A DNA stretch of 64,000 nucleotides, taken from assembly GCA_031288175.1 (NCBI GenBank), contig JAITRW010000024.1:5913-69912 (forward strand), given 5' to 3'. Shown in pieces: positions 7,565-15,719 of the stretch (its first letter is position 1; each line of letters opens with the position of its first letter). This DNA is from Tannerellaceae bacterium. Lineage in GTDB: Bacteria; Bacteroidota; Bacteroidia; Bacteroidales; Tannerellaceae. Made by a program: the position numbers and the translations under genes. The notes under the pieces were generated by a model that had not been told where the DNA came from, did not search any database, and worked only from the letters and a program-made list of their open reading frames with translations.

Positions 7565-8428
7565 ATGGCCACAATGAGTGCAACAGCAGCCGCAAGGAAG
7601 TTTGTAGAAAATGACGCCCAAGAGAGCGTCTCCGAAGTAAATAGGCAACCCCTGCCGGAATTTCATACCGGCTCCGAAAGTAAAATCGGTATCCGTAACT
7701 TGAACCTCACCATCGGCAATAATCATATCCTGAAAGATGTCAGCGTTGAGATTCCTCACAAGAAGATCACCTGTATCGTAGGGCCCTCAGGTTGTGGCAA
7801 ATCGACCTTGCTGAAAACCTTGAACCGTTTGATCGACAATGTGGAGAACGTCAAGGTGGAAGGCAGTATTGAAGTCGACGGTGAAGATATTTACGGCAAG
7901 AAGGTTGAGATTACTCACATCCGTAAGAAGTTAGGCCTCGTTTCTCAACGCCCTACTCCCCTGCCGATGTCCATCTTTGACAACGTTTCCTACGGTTGCC
8001 GCATTCATGGCATTCGCAAGAAGAAGGTGCTCGCCCAAATCGTGGAAACGAACCTCAAAGCCGTAGGATTGTGGGACGAAGTGAAAGACAGGCTCCATTC
8101 CCCGGCTTCCGCCCTCTCCGGAGGACAACAGCAACGGTTGTGCCTCGCCCGTGGCCTGGCCATAGAACCGAAGTTTATTTTAGGCGATGAGGCCACTTCC
8201 GCCTTGGATCCTATTGCCAGTAAACTGATAGAAGACCTCTTCGTAGGGCTGAAAGAAAACTATGGCGTAGTGCTCGTCACTCACACCTTGCGCCAAGCGC
8301 TGCGTATAGCCGACCATGTGATATTCATGTATCTGGGCGAAATCATAGAGAGTGGCCCCGCCAAGGAGCTCTTCCATAATCCCCAGCATCCGTTGACGAA
8401 GCAATATCTTTCCGGAGTTTTTAGTTAA
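7565..8428 (+). CDS. pstB: PstB-like ABC transporter ATP-binding protein with no pstSCA in the window
   Basis: GPSGCGKSTLLKTLNRL, Q-loop region LVSQRPTPLPMSIFDNVSYG, LSGGQQQRLCLARGLA, DEATSALDP. Start moved to 7565 because a TAnnTTTG box (7521..7528) lies inside the longer track ORF. Confidence 0.78.
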   Translation: MATMSATAAARKFVENDAQESVSEVNRQPLPEFHTGSESKIGIRNLNLTIGNNHILKDVSVEIPHKKITCIVGPSGCGKSTLLKTLNRLIDNVENVKVEGSIEVDGEDIYGKKVEITHIRKKLGLVSQRPTPLPMSIFDNVSYGCRIHGIRKKKVLAQIVETNLKAVGLWDEVKDRLHSPASALSGGQQQRLCLARGLAIEPKFILGDEATSALDPIASKLIEDLFVGLKENYGVVLVTHTLRQALRIADHVIFMYLGEIIESGPAKELFHNPQHPLTKQYLSGVFS

Positions 8429-8444
8429 TTGGTTACCTTTTGGC

Positions 8445-8452
8445 TACCTTTG
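8445..8452 (+). promoter_or_regulatory. Bacteroidota -7 promoter box TAccTTTG
   Basis: Matches the TAnnTTTG consensus, 32 nt upstream of the 8484 ATG. Confidence 0.55.
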
Positions 8453-8483
8453 CGCTCCGTAATCAGACGAGGAAAAGAAACCT

Positions 8484-10823
8484 ATGTATAAGTTACCGGA
8501 GACGCTGGGCGAGGACATCGCCAAATTGGGGAACTTGGCCAAAGGCTATCAAGAAGGGAAAATCGAAGTAGTGCAGTTCAAAGCCTTCCGCGTGCCGATG
8601 GGTATCTACGAGCAGCGGAAGAATGAAGTCTACATGTCCCGCATCCGGGCCACAGGGGGCGTCATCACTCCCAAACAATTGATGGAGGTGGTTGACATTG
8701 CCTTGGCTCACCGGTCGGGATTGTTGCACATCACTACCCGTCAAGAGATTCAGATACAGAATCTTGCCCTTCCCGAAATTGAGCCTTTGCTGTATGACTT
8801 GCAGAAAGTAGGCCTTAGCACCAAAGGCGGCGGCGGAAATACTGTCCGTAACATCCTTGTATCCCAGGGTAGCGGGATTTTTGAAGAGACCTTCGATACC
8901 ACCCCTTACGCCTTGGCTTTGACAACCTGCCTGGTGGCCGAGGCCGATTCGTATTTATTGCCCCGTAAATTGAAGATCGCCTTCTCCTCCCAAGAGCAAG
9001 CGCCCGATTATGCGCTGATAAACGACTTGGGCTTCGTGGCCCGCATACAAGACGGACGGAAAGGTTTCCGCGTATATGTCGGTGGCGGTGGCGGCTCTAA
9101 TCCGGCCGTAGGCCATTTGCTTTTTGATTTCATCGCCGACGACGAAGTATTTGCCGTCGCGACGGCCCTCAAACGAATGTTCTCCGAACACGGTAACCGG
9201 AAAAACAAGCACAAGGCCCGCCTTCGCTATATTTTCGAGCGGCTGGGCGTAGAGCCGACGCTGTCCCTCATCCGCTCCTATTACGAGGAGGCCAAAAAGA
9301 AGGTGTCCCCTCTGGCTATTCCCGCCGACTATGACGACGTGCCCGCCGCGAGCGCTTATGTACCGGCGAGCGGACAACCGTTTCCCGCGCCGACGGAAGT
9401 ATGGACACGCCGTTACGTGACCGCACAACGCCAAGAAGGGTATTATGCCGTCCTGTTACCGTTCCTTCACGGCAACATTGCTATCGGTGACCCCCTGATT
9501 GCCGAACGTTTTAAGAAACTATTGCGTTTTGTCGCTCAATTCGGCCCTTACGCCCTGCGTTTCACCACGACGCAAAATATCCTCCTGCGCCATATTCCCG
9601 GCCCTGCCCTTGCCGAGTTGTACGCCCTCATCCAAGACCTCGCCCCGGAAAGTGACGCCCCGCCGGTGGCCAACAATCTTGTGTCCTGCACCGGCGCGGA
9701 CACCTGTCGCCTCGGTATCTGCCTTTCCAAGGGGCTGACGGCCGCATTGCGGCGTGAACTGTTGCGTAGCGACCTTGATACGGACAAATTGAGCACCCTG
9801 CGTATCCATGTTTCCGGTTGCCCCAATTCCTGCGGACAGCAACTATGGGCGGACATCGGCTTTTCGGGAAAAGTGTTGCGCAATGAGCGCGCCTACCCTG
9901 CCTATCAACTACTGCTGGCCGCCGGTAGGACGGAAAACAATCCTCACCTGGCCCTCCCCACAGGAAATATCGGCGCAAAAGACGTGCCCGCCTTCGTCGT
10001 GCGCCTGCTCGCTGCCTATAGCGAGCAGGATAGCGCCTCTTTTGCCCAATGGTTGGAACAAGGGGGACACGCCCTTGCCCTTGCCTTGCTCAAAGAGTAT
10101 GAAGAGATTCCCTCTTTTGAGGAAGACAAGAATTATTATTACGACTGGGGCGCCGAAGAATTGTTCAGCCTCGCCAATCGCGGCGCCGCCGAATGTTCGG
10201 CAGGCCTCTTCGACATGATTGACGTCGACCTGGCCTACATCCGCCAAGGGAAGCAAGCCCTTGACACGGCGACCGACAACGGCCAAGCCAACGGTTACCT
10301 GTATGACATCCTTTTCTCCGCCTCCCGTATGCTTTTAGTCACAAGAGGCGCTGATCCACGCACTCCCGGGGAGGTGTTTGACTTTTTCCTGCAACATTTC
10401 ATTGATTCCTCCCTGATAGACGCACGTTTCCGGACGGTCGTCGAGTTAGGCAAAGTCGGCAAGGCCGCTGACTTTCTCCCTTGGCGGATAGCGATCCTCG
10501 CCTTGGCGGACGATGTCACGGAGCTTTACGCCCATATGGACGATTCTTTGCAGTTCAAGAGCGGAGGCACGGTGGCGGCAGTGGTGGCGGCGCCGGAAAC
10601 CCGTCGTTTCAAAGACCTGCGAGGCATTGTCTGTCCGATGAACTTTGTGCAGACCAAGATTCAACTAGCGGCCATGCAGATAGGAGAAGAGCTGGAAGTG
10701 TGGCTTGACGACGGCCATCCCATCGGCAACGTTCCGGGCTCGGTGCGCAACGAAGGGCATGAAGTGCTCGCGCAGACGCAATTCCCCGAAGGGCATTGGA
10801 AGGTAGTCATCAGAAAGCGATAA
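8484..10823 (+). CDS. siroheme/[4Fe-4S] sulfite- or nitrite-reductase hemoprotein fused to a helical linker and a C-terminal TusA/SirA-like domain
   Basis: 779 aa. Cys cluster motifs SCTGADTCRLGIC and VSGCPNSCGQQ. The C-terminus DLRGIVCPMNFVQTKIQLAAMQIGEELEVWLDDGHPIGNVPGSVRNEGHEV aligns by eye with TusA (D.RG..CP.P...K..L..M..G..L.V..DD). Confidence 0.82.
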   Translation: MYKLPETLGEDIAKLGNLAKGYQEGKIEVVQFKAFRVPMGIYEQRKNEVYMSRIRATGGVITPKQLMEVVDIALAHRSGLLHITTRQEIQIQNLALPEIEPLLYDLQKVGLSTKGGGGNTVRNILVSQGSGIFEETFDTTPYALALTTCLVAEADSYLLPRKLKIAFSSQEQAPDYALINDLGFVARIQDGRKGFRVYVGGGGGSNPAVGHLLFDFIADDEVFAVATALKRMFSEHGNRKNKHKARLRYIFERLGVEPTLSLIRSYYEEAKKKVSPLAIPADYDDVPAASAYVPASGQPFPAPTEVWTRRYVTAQRQEGYYAVLLPFLHGNIAIGDPLIAERFKKLLRFVAQFGPYALRFTTTQNILLRHIPGPALAELYALIQDLAPESDAPPVANNLVSCTGADTCRLGICLSKGLTAALRRELLRSDLDTDKLSTLRIHVSGCPNSCGQQLWADIGFSGKVLRNERAYPAYQLLLAAGRTENNPHLALPTGNIGAKDVPAFVVRLLAAYSEQDSASFAQWLEQGGHALALALLKEYEEIPSFEEDKNYYYDWGAEELFSLANRGAAECSAGLFDMIDVDLAYIRQGKQALDTATDNGQANGYLYDILFSASRMLLVTRGADPRTPGEVFDFFLQHFIDSSLIDARFRTVVELGKVGKAADFLPWRIAILALADDVTELYAHMDDSLQFKSGGTVAAVVAAPETRRFKDLRGIVCPMNFVQTKIQLAAMQIGEELEVWLDDGHPIGNVPGSVRNEGHEVLAQTQFPEGHWKVVIRKR

Positions 10824-10849
10824 GGCCTTGCTTGATTGGGAGAAAAAAG

Positions 10850-10857
10850 TACCTTTG
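10850..10857 (+). promoter_or_regulatory. -7 promoter box TAccTTTG driving the RNA genes
   Basis: Consensus box. The expected transcription start 5-7 nt downstream coincides with the first base of the closing helix at 10863. Confidence 0.55.
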
Positions 10858-10862
10858 CCCCA

Positions 10863-10957
10863 GGTAAGCCCTACACGGCAAGCTCCCTCGGAATCCCCCA
10901 GGGCTTGACGGCAGCAAGGGTACGCAGGTTGTAGCGGCGCGATGTAGAAGGCTTACC
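10863..10957 (+). ncRNA. ffs: candidate small SRP RNA (4.5S-like) or other rod-shaped structured RNA
   Basis: Closing helices GGTAAGCC/GGCTTACC and CTACA/TGTAG. The apex AGG-GCU-UGAC-GGC-AGCA mimics the SRP domain IV pattern AGG-stem-tetraloop-stem-AGCA. The 3' part GAUGUAG resembles E. coli 4.5S. It has its own promoter and ends 5 nt before the tRNA. Confidence 0.5.
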
Positions 10958-10962
10958 TACTC

Positions 10963-11036
10963 GCCTCTTTAGCTCAGTTGGCCAGAGCACGTGATTTGTA
11001 ATCTCGGGGTCGTTGGTTCGAATCCGACAAGAGGCT
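10963..11036 (+). tRNA. tRNA-Thr (anticodon UGU)
   Basis: 74-nt cloverleaf folded by hand. Acceptor GCCTCTT/AAGAGGC, D arm GCTC/GAGC, anticodon loop TTTGTAA, T arm GTTGG-TTCGAAT-CCGAC. There is one U-U mismatch in the anticodon stem. Confidence 0.9.
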
Positions 11037-11056
11037 CTCCAAGGGTAGCGCTTTTT

Positions 11057-11692
11057 TTACACCGCACATTTTCGGATCACCGTCAGACCGTCCCGTAGCG
11101 GGAGAATCACTTTCTCTACACGCCTGTCGTGACCGATCAGTTCATTGAAGGCAATTATCCCCGACGTCTGTTTGTCTATGGGCGAGGGAGGATGGACCAC
11201 CTTACCGTCCCAAAGCGTATTGTCCGCAACGATAAAACCTCCAAGCCGGAGATACGGAAAAACCATCTCATAGTACGCCCTGTATTGATGCTTGCCCCCA
11301 TCCATAAAGACCATGTCATACTCCCCTCCCAAGCGGGGAACCACCTCCAAGGCATCCCCGAAGTGCAACCGTATCTTCTCTCGCTCGGGCGAACGGGATA
11401 CATAACGGCGGATAAACAGCTCCATCTCATCATTGATTTCCACAGTGTGTATCACCGTGCCTGCCTCCATCCCTTCCGCCATGCACAAGGTCGCATAGCC
11501 CGTATACGTGCCTATCTCCAATACCCGCTGGGGGCGTATCATGCGGCAAAACATTTTCAGCAGTCTCCCCTGCAAATGACCTGACAGCATACGGGGACGC
11601 AATAGGTTGACATGCGCATCGCGACGCAGGTCTGTCAATAATTCACCCTCCTCGTCTATATGTGAAAGGATATACTCCTCCATCCCCTGCAT
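11057..11692 (-). CDS. class I SAM-dependent O-methyltransferase (family 3, caffeoyl-CoA OMT-like)
   Basis: 211 aa. VLEIGTYTGYATLCMA SAM-binding motif, FMDGGKHQY, GGFIVADNTLWDGKV. Confidence 0.82.
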   Translation of the reverse strand: MQGMEEYILSHIDEEGELLTDLRRDAHVNLLRPRMLSGHLQGRLLKMFCRMIRPQRVLEIGTYTGYATLCMAEGMEAGTVIHTVEINDEMELFIRRYVSRSPEREKIRLHFGDALEVVPRLGGEYDMVFMDGGKHQYRAYYEMVFPYLRLGGFIVADNTLWDGKVVHPPSPIDKQTSGIIAFNELIGHDRRVEKVILPLRDGLTVIRKCAV

Positions 11693-11698
11693 CGGTTC

Positions 11699-12136
11699 CT
11701 ATTCCGTGGTCAACGGCGCAAAGTAGTGCAGCGCCAGCCTGTAAGAATCAAAGCCGAAGCCTACGACAATGCCTCGGCACGCCGCAGAAAGAAAGGAATG
11801 ACGACGGAACTCTTCCCGGGCATGGACATTGGAAATATGCACCTCTATGACGGGCGCAGGCACGGCCTTAATGGCATCGTGCAGCGCAAGGGAGGTATGC
11901 GTATAGGCCCCTGCATTGAGTATAATGCCGGCAGCCTCAAAACCGGCTTCTTGTATCTTATCCACCAATGCCCCTTCCGCATTGCTTTGGAAAAACGCGA
12001 TGTCCAGCTGAGGAAACCATCGCCGCAAATCCTCTAAATATTGCTCGAAGGTCATCGACCCGTAGATCTCCGGTTCACGTTTCCCAAGGAGGTTGAGATT
12101 GGGGCCGTTGACGATCACGATTCGTTTCTTTTTCAT
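11699..12136 (-). CDS. aroQ: type II 3-dehydroquinate dehydratase
   Basis: 145 aa. IVNGPNLNLLGKREPEIYG, NAGAYTHTS, EVHISNVHAREEFR. Confidence 0.93.
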   Translation of the reverse strand: MKKKRIVIVNGPNLNLLGKREPEIYGSMTFEQYLEDLRRWFPQLDIAFFQSNAEGALVDKIQEAGFEAAGIILNAGAYTHTSLALHDAIKAVPAPVIEVHISNVHAREEFRRHSFLSAACRGIVVGFGFDSYRLALHYFAPLTTE

Positions 12137-12160
12137 GGTATCTACTATGTTTTTGCAAAT

Positions 12161-12178
12161 ATACCACCATTATGGTAT
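12161..12178. promoter_or_regulatory. 18-bp palindrome ATACCACCATTATGGTAT, a candidate operator related to 7480..7497
   Basis: Same outer arms ATACCA(C)...TGGTAT and same 18-bp length as the 7480 site. It lies in the divergent aroQ / JAMM intergenic region. Confidence 0.4.
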
Positions 12179-12254
12179 TGCCGGTTAAGTTTTAGTTACA
12201 CTCCTTTGCCCCGTGAAATTATCGTTTACATTTGCCGCCACAAAGGAAGGAAAT

Positions 12255-12674
12255 ATGAGGCATATACAAATTCCGCAGTACATCGCAGAGGCTCTCTTCC
12301 AACAGGCGCGTGAGGAGTTGCCCCACGAAGCGTGCGGGTTGCTTACGGGTAGGGACGAGCGGGTAGAGAAGCATTATCCTATGGTCAATGTCGACCACAG
12401 TGCGGAGCATTTCTCGTTCGATCCCCAGGAGCAGTTCGACGTCCTCAAAGCGGCGCGGGCTACGGGGCAAAAGATTCTTGCCAATTATCACAGCCATCCT
12501 TCCTCTCCTGCACGCCCTTCCAAGGAAGACATCCGTTTGGCTTACGATCCGAGCGTGGTGTATATCATCGTCTCCCTTGCGGCGGAGACCCCTGACATCA
12601 AAGCTTTTCATATCCGCAACGGAGAAGCGGTTTCTATTCCTATCATCCTCAGCGAGGATATCTATTGGTCTTAA
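12255..12674 (+). CDS. Mov34/MPN/JAMM-family metalloprotease (Mec/RadC-like fold, stand-alone)
   Basis: Start taken at the ATG (MRHIQIP). E..CG motif (HEACGLL) and JAMM motif HSHPSSPARPSKED. Confidence 0.82.
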   Translation: MRHIQIPQYIAEALFQQAREELPHEACGLLTGRDERVEKHYPMVNVDHSAEHFSFDPQEQFDVLKAARATGQKILANYHSHPSSPARPSKEDIRLAYDPSVVYIIVSLAAETPDIKAFHIRNGEAVSIPIILSEDIYWS

Positions 12675-12707
12675 ACACAAAATCTCTATAAACTAAACAA
12701 CCAAAAG

Positions 12708-13772
12708 ATGAAAGTGAACAAGGTGTTTTACGTGGCCGCTTTGGCCGCCGCAACGGCTACCGTCGTTGCCCAGGAGAAGAGTATTGAAGAACGGGTCTCG
12801 AAGGTGGAAGGCATCACTTCCAAGCTACCGAGCATCTCCGGTTTGGTCAATACCCGTTTTCAGTACGATGACGTAGAAGGCAAAGACGCCACGAACAGCT
12901 TTGACGTACGCCGTGCCCGTTTGGATATTAAGGGAGGTATCTCCTCGAAAGTGGATTACCGCATCCAATTGGAGCTTTCCGGAACGCCTAAGATTCTCGA
13001 TGCTTTCGTAACCTGGAAACCTTCTTCCTACATCAACCTCCGTGTTGGGCAATTCAAATACCCCTTCACCCTGGAAAACCCGTACAGCCCCACCGGCTTG
13101 GAAACGATAGAAAACTCTACCGTCATCTCCAAGTTCAGCGGCTATTCGGACGAATCTGGTATAGGCGGCAACGGCCGTGAAATAGGGCTTGCCTTCTTCG
13201 GCGGGTTTGGGAAGAAAACGGGTTACAACCTTGTCGATTATTACGTAGGGATAGTCAACGGGAACGGCCTTATCAACCAGGGTAACAAAGACAACAACAC
13301 CCACAAGGACCTCACCGGTATCCTCACCATCAACCCCATTAAACCCCTCGCCATCGCTATCTCCCATTACAACGGGAAATATGGGAAAACCATTGACGAC
13401 CAGGTCAAAGACCTTGCGCGCGTCCGTACAGGTTTCGGCGCCAAGTATGACGACAAGAAACTCCTCGTCCGCGGTGAGTATCTCTTCGGTACCACCGGTA
13501 CCGACTTTAAAGACAACAAAGAAGTGAAAAAAGAAGGCAACGGTTATTACCTCACCGCCGCCTACTACGTAGCCCCCAAATGGCAGCCCGTCCTCAAATA
13601 CGATTATTATCAGGCTGACGACACGAAAGACGCTACCAAACAAACCAACTACATCGTCGGCGTCAGCTACTACCCTATTAAGAACGTCCGCCTGCAGTTC
13701 AACTATACCCACCGTACCCAGGAGAAGGCTGACCGCGACCTCGTCGCCACCCAGCTACTCATTTCCTTCTAA
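12708..13772 (+). CDS. outer-membrane porin, phosphate-selective porin O/P-like
   Basis: Signal peptide present. Contains FDVRRARLDIKG, has alternating beta-strand character, and ends ...QLLISF. Confidence 0.75.
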   Translation: MKVNKVFYVAALAAATATVVAQEKSIEERVSKVEGITSKLPSISGLVNTRFQYDDVEGKDATNSFDVRRARLDIKGGISSKVDYRIQLELSGTPKILDAFVTWKPSSYINLRVGQFKYPFTLENPYSPTGLETIENSTVISKFSGYSDESGIGGNGREIGLAFFGGFGKKTGYNLVDYYVGIVNGNGLINQGNKDNNTHKDLTGILTINPIKPLAIAISHYNGKYGKTIDDQVKDLARVRTGFGAKYDDKKLLVRGEYLFGTTGTDFKDNKEVKKEGNGYYLTAAYYVAPKWQPVLKYDYYQADDTKDATKQTNYIVGVSYYPIKNVRLQFNYTHRTQEKADRDLVATQLLISF

Positions 13773-13812
13773 GTCCCGGCAAGACTTTTTGTTTTACTAC
13801 ATTTATATACCT

Positions 13813-13857
13813 GAGAGGAGGGTATTTCCACAAGGGAGATACCCTCTCTCTTTTTTT
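13813..13857 (+). terminator. Rho-independent terminator after the porin gene
   Basis: Stem GAGAGGAGGGTAT / ATACCCTCTCTC (near-perfect) followed by T7. Confidence 0.65.
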
Positions 13858-13880
13858 GTTGGTAAGAAAGCCAAAGTTGG

Positions 13881-13888
13881 TACTTTTG
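13881..13888 (+). promoter_or_regulatory. -7 promoter box TActTTTG upstream of argH
   Basis: Consensus TAnnTTTG, 32 nt before the argH ATG. Confidence 0.5.
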
Positions 13889-13919
13889 GGGCAACGTAAG
13901 TAATGTACGGAGTTGGGAG

Positions 13920-15278
13920 ATGAAGAAACTATGGGATAAGGGGACGCAACCGGACCGCGATGTGACGGCTTTCACCATCGGCAAGGACAGGGAAATGGAC
14001 TTGTATCTCGTACCCTACGATGTATTGGGTTCTATGGCGCACATCGTGATGCTGGAAAGCATCGGACTGCTGGGCAAAGAGGAGTTGGGGCGGCTGTTGC
14101 AGGGATTGAAGGAAATTTATGGGGAAGCTATAGCAGGACGCTTCGAGATAGAGGAGGACGTAGAGGATGTACATTCCCAGGTGGAGCTGACGCTGACTCA
14201 CAAGCTGGGCGAGATAGGAAAGAAGATACACAGCGGCCGCTCACGCAACGACCAGGTATTGCTGGACTTGAAACTGTTTACCCGCACGGAGATACGGCAT
14301 ATCACCGAGCAGACGGCCGCCTTGTGCGAGACGTTGTTGGCACAGAGTGAAAAATACAAAGAGGTGTTACTGCCGGGTTACACGCATTTGCAGATAGCCA
14401 TGCCTTCGTCCTTCGGGCTTTGGTTCGGCGCCTATGCCGAAAGCTTGGCCGATGACCTGTTGCTCCTGCAAGCCGCCTACAAGATATGCAACCGCAACCC
14501 CTTAGGCTCGGCGGCAGGCTACGGCTCCTCCTTTCCGCTCAACCGGCAGATGACGACCGATTTGCTGGGTTTCGATTCCATGAATTACAATGTGGTGTAC
14601 GCCCAAATGGGTCGGGGAAAGATGGAACGGTCGGGCGCTTTCGCGTTAGCGGGAATAGCGGCTACTTTATCGCGGCTGTCCTACGACGCCTGCCTGTTCA
14701 ACAGCCAAAACTTCGGCTTCATTACCTTGCCCGACCGGTTTACTACCGGCTCCAGCATCATGCCGCATAAGAAGAATCCCGACGTGTTCGAACTCACCCG
14801 CGCCCGCTGCAATAAGCTGCAAGCCCTCCCCACCCAAATCACGCTCATCTCCAATAACCTTCCTTCCGGATATTTCCGCGACATGCAGATCATTAAAGAA
14901 GTTTTCCTGCCTGCTTTCGGGGAATTGAAAGACTGCCTGCATATTGTCTCGTCCATGATGCGGGAGATACACGTCAATGAACATATCCTTGACGATGAGC
15001 GTTACGCACCGCTTTTCAGCGTAGAGGAAGTGAACCGGCGCGTGATGGCAGGCGTTCCGTTCCGGGACGCCTACGCGGAAGTAGCCCGTTCATTTGCGGG
15101 GGAGAAAACCGGTAAATTCACTGCCCCGGCGGGTCAAACGTTGACGGAACGGTATACGCACGAAGGGAGTATCGGCAAACTGTGCAACGAGCGCATTGCG
15201 GGATGGTTGTCCGAAGTGGTCGGAGGTTTTCCTTTCGAGCAGGTGGAAAAAGCCGAACAGCAACTGCTCGCACGATGA
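13920..15278 (+). CDS. argH: argininosuccinate lyase
   Basis: 452 aa. Fumarate-lyase signature GSSIMPHKKNPD and an ArgH-like N-terminus. Confidence 0.94.
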   Translation: MKKLWDKGTQPDRDVTAFTIGKDREMDLYLVPYDVLGSMAHIVMLESIGLLGKEELGRLLQGLKEIYGEAIAGRFEIEEDVEDVHSQVELTLTHKLGEIGKKIHSGRSRNDQVLLDLKLFTRTEIRHITEQTAALCETLLAQSEKYKEVLLPGYTHLQIAMPSSFGLWFGAYAESLADDLLLLQAAYKICNRNPLGSAAGYGSSFPLNRQMTTDLLGFDSMNYNVVYAQMGRGKMERSGAFALAGIAATLSRLSYDACLFNSQNFGFITLPDRFTTGSSIMPHKKNPDVFELTRARCNKLQALPTQITLISNNLPSGYFRDMQIIKEVFLPAFGELKDCLHIVSSMMREIHVNEHILDDERYAPLFSVEEVNRRVMAGVPFRDAYAEVARSFAGEKTGKFTAPAGQTLTERYTHEGSIGKLCNERIAGWLSEVVGGFPFEQVEKAEQQLLAR

Positions 15279-15715
15279 GACGTTATACCGCGTTTCTCTT
15301 AGGTATTATCCTTTTTTCCTGCATTCCGGAGCAGGAGATACGTATTCCTTATGCCCCTGTGAACTTGGCGATTCATTTGAATTATTTGGACAGCGATCTG
15401 GTGCCTGTGTACAGCAGTAAGGTCTTCAAACACGGAGAAACGCTTCTCAAAGACGACAGGGTTGGATACGGCGGATTGTTAGTCTTTCATAACCACACCG
15501 GTTATCAAGCCTATGACCTTGCCTGTCCGGTAGAGATATCCTCAAAAACGGTTGTCTCGTTGGAAGAGGGCGGATTGTTTGCCGTCTGTGCTTCCTGCGA
15601 GACACGTTACAGTTTGATAGACAACGGTATCCCTGTCGCCGGTCCCGGCGGTTACCGGCTGCATTCGTACAGGGTTGCCCAGCAATCTGCCACCGAACTT
15701 ATCATTAGCAACTGA
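15275..15715 (+). CDS. hypothetical lipoprotein (146 aa)
   Basis: ATGA overlap with the argH stop. Lipobox LFSC. Cys pattern ACP...CASC. No family recognised with certainty. Confidence 0.55.
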   Translation: MRRYTAFLLGIILFSCIPEQEIRIPYAPVNLAIHLNYLDSDLVPVYSSKVFKHGETLLKDDRVGYGGLLVFHNHTGYQAYDLACPVEISSKTVVSLEEGGLFAVCASCETRYSLIDNGIPVAGPGGYRLHSYRVAQQSATELIISN

Positions 15716-15719
15716 CGAT

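Noticed and set aside
11958-11966. TTATCCACC, a near-consensus DnaA box, considered as a hint of oriC given the nearby parS, gyrB and mnmG.
   Set aside because: It is a single copy with one mismatch, located inside the aroQ coding region. I found no cluster of boxes or adjacent AT-rich unwinding element, and the AT-rich 43.6-43.9 kb spacer also lacks DnaA boxes.
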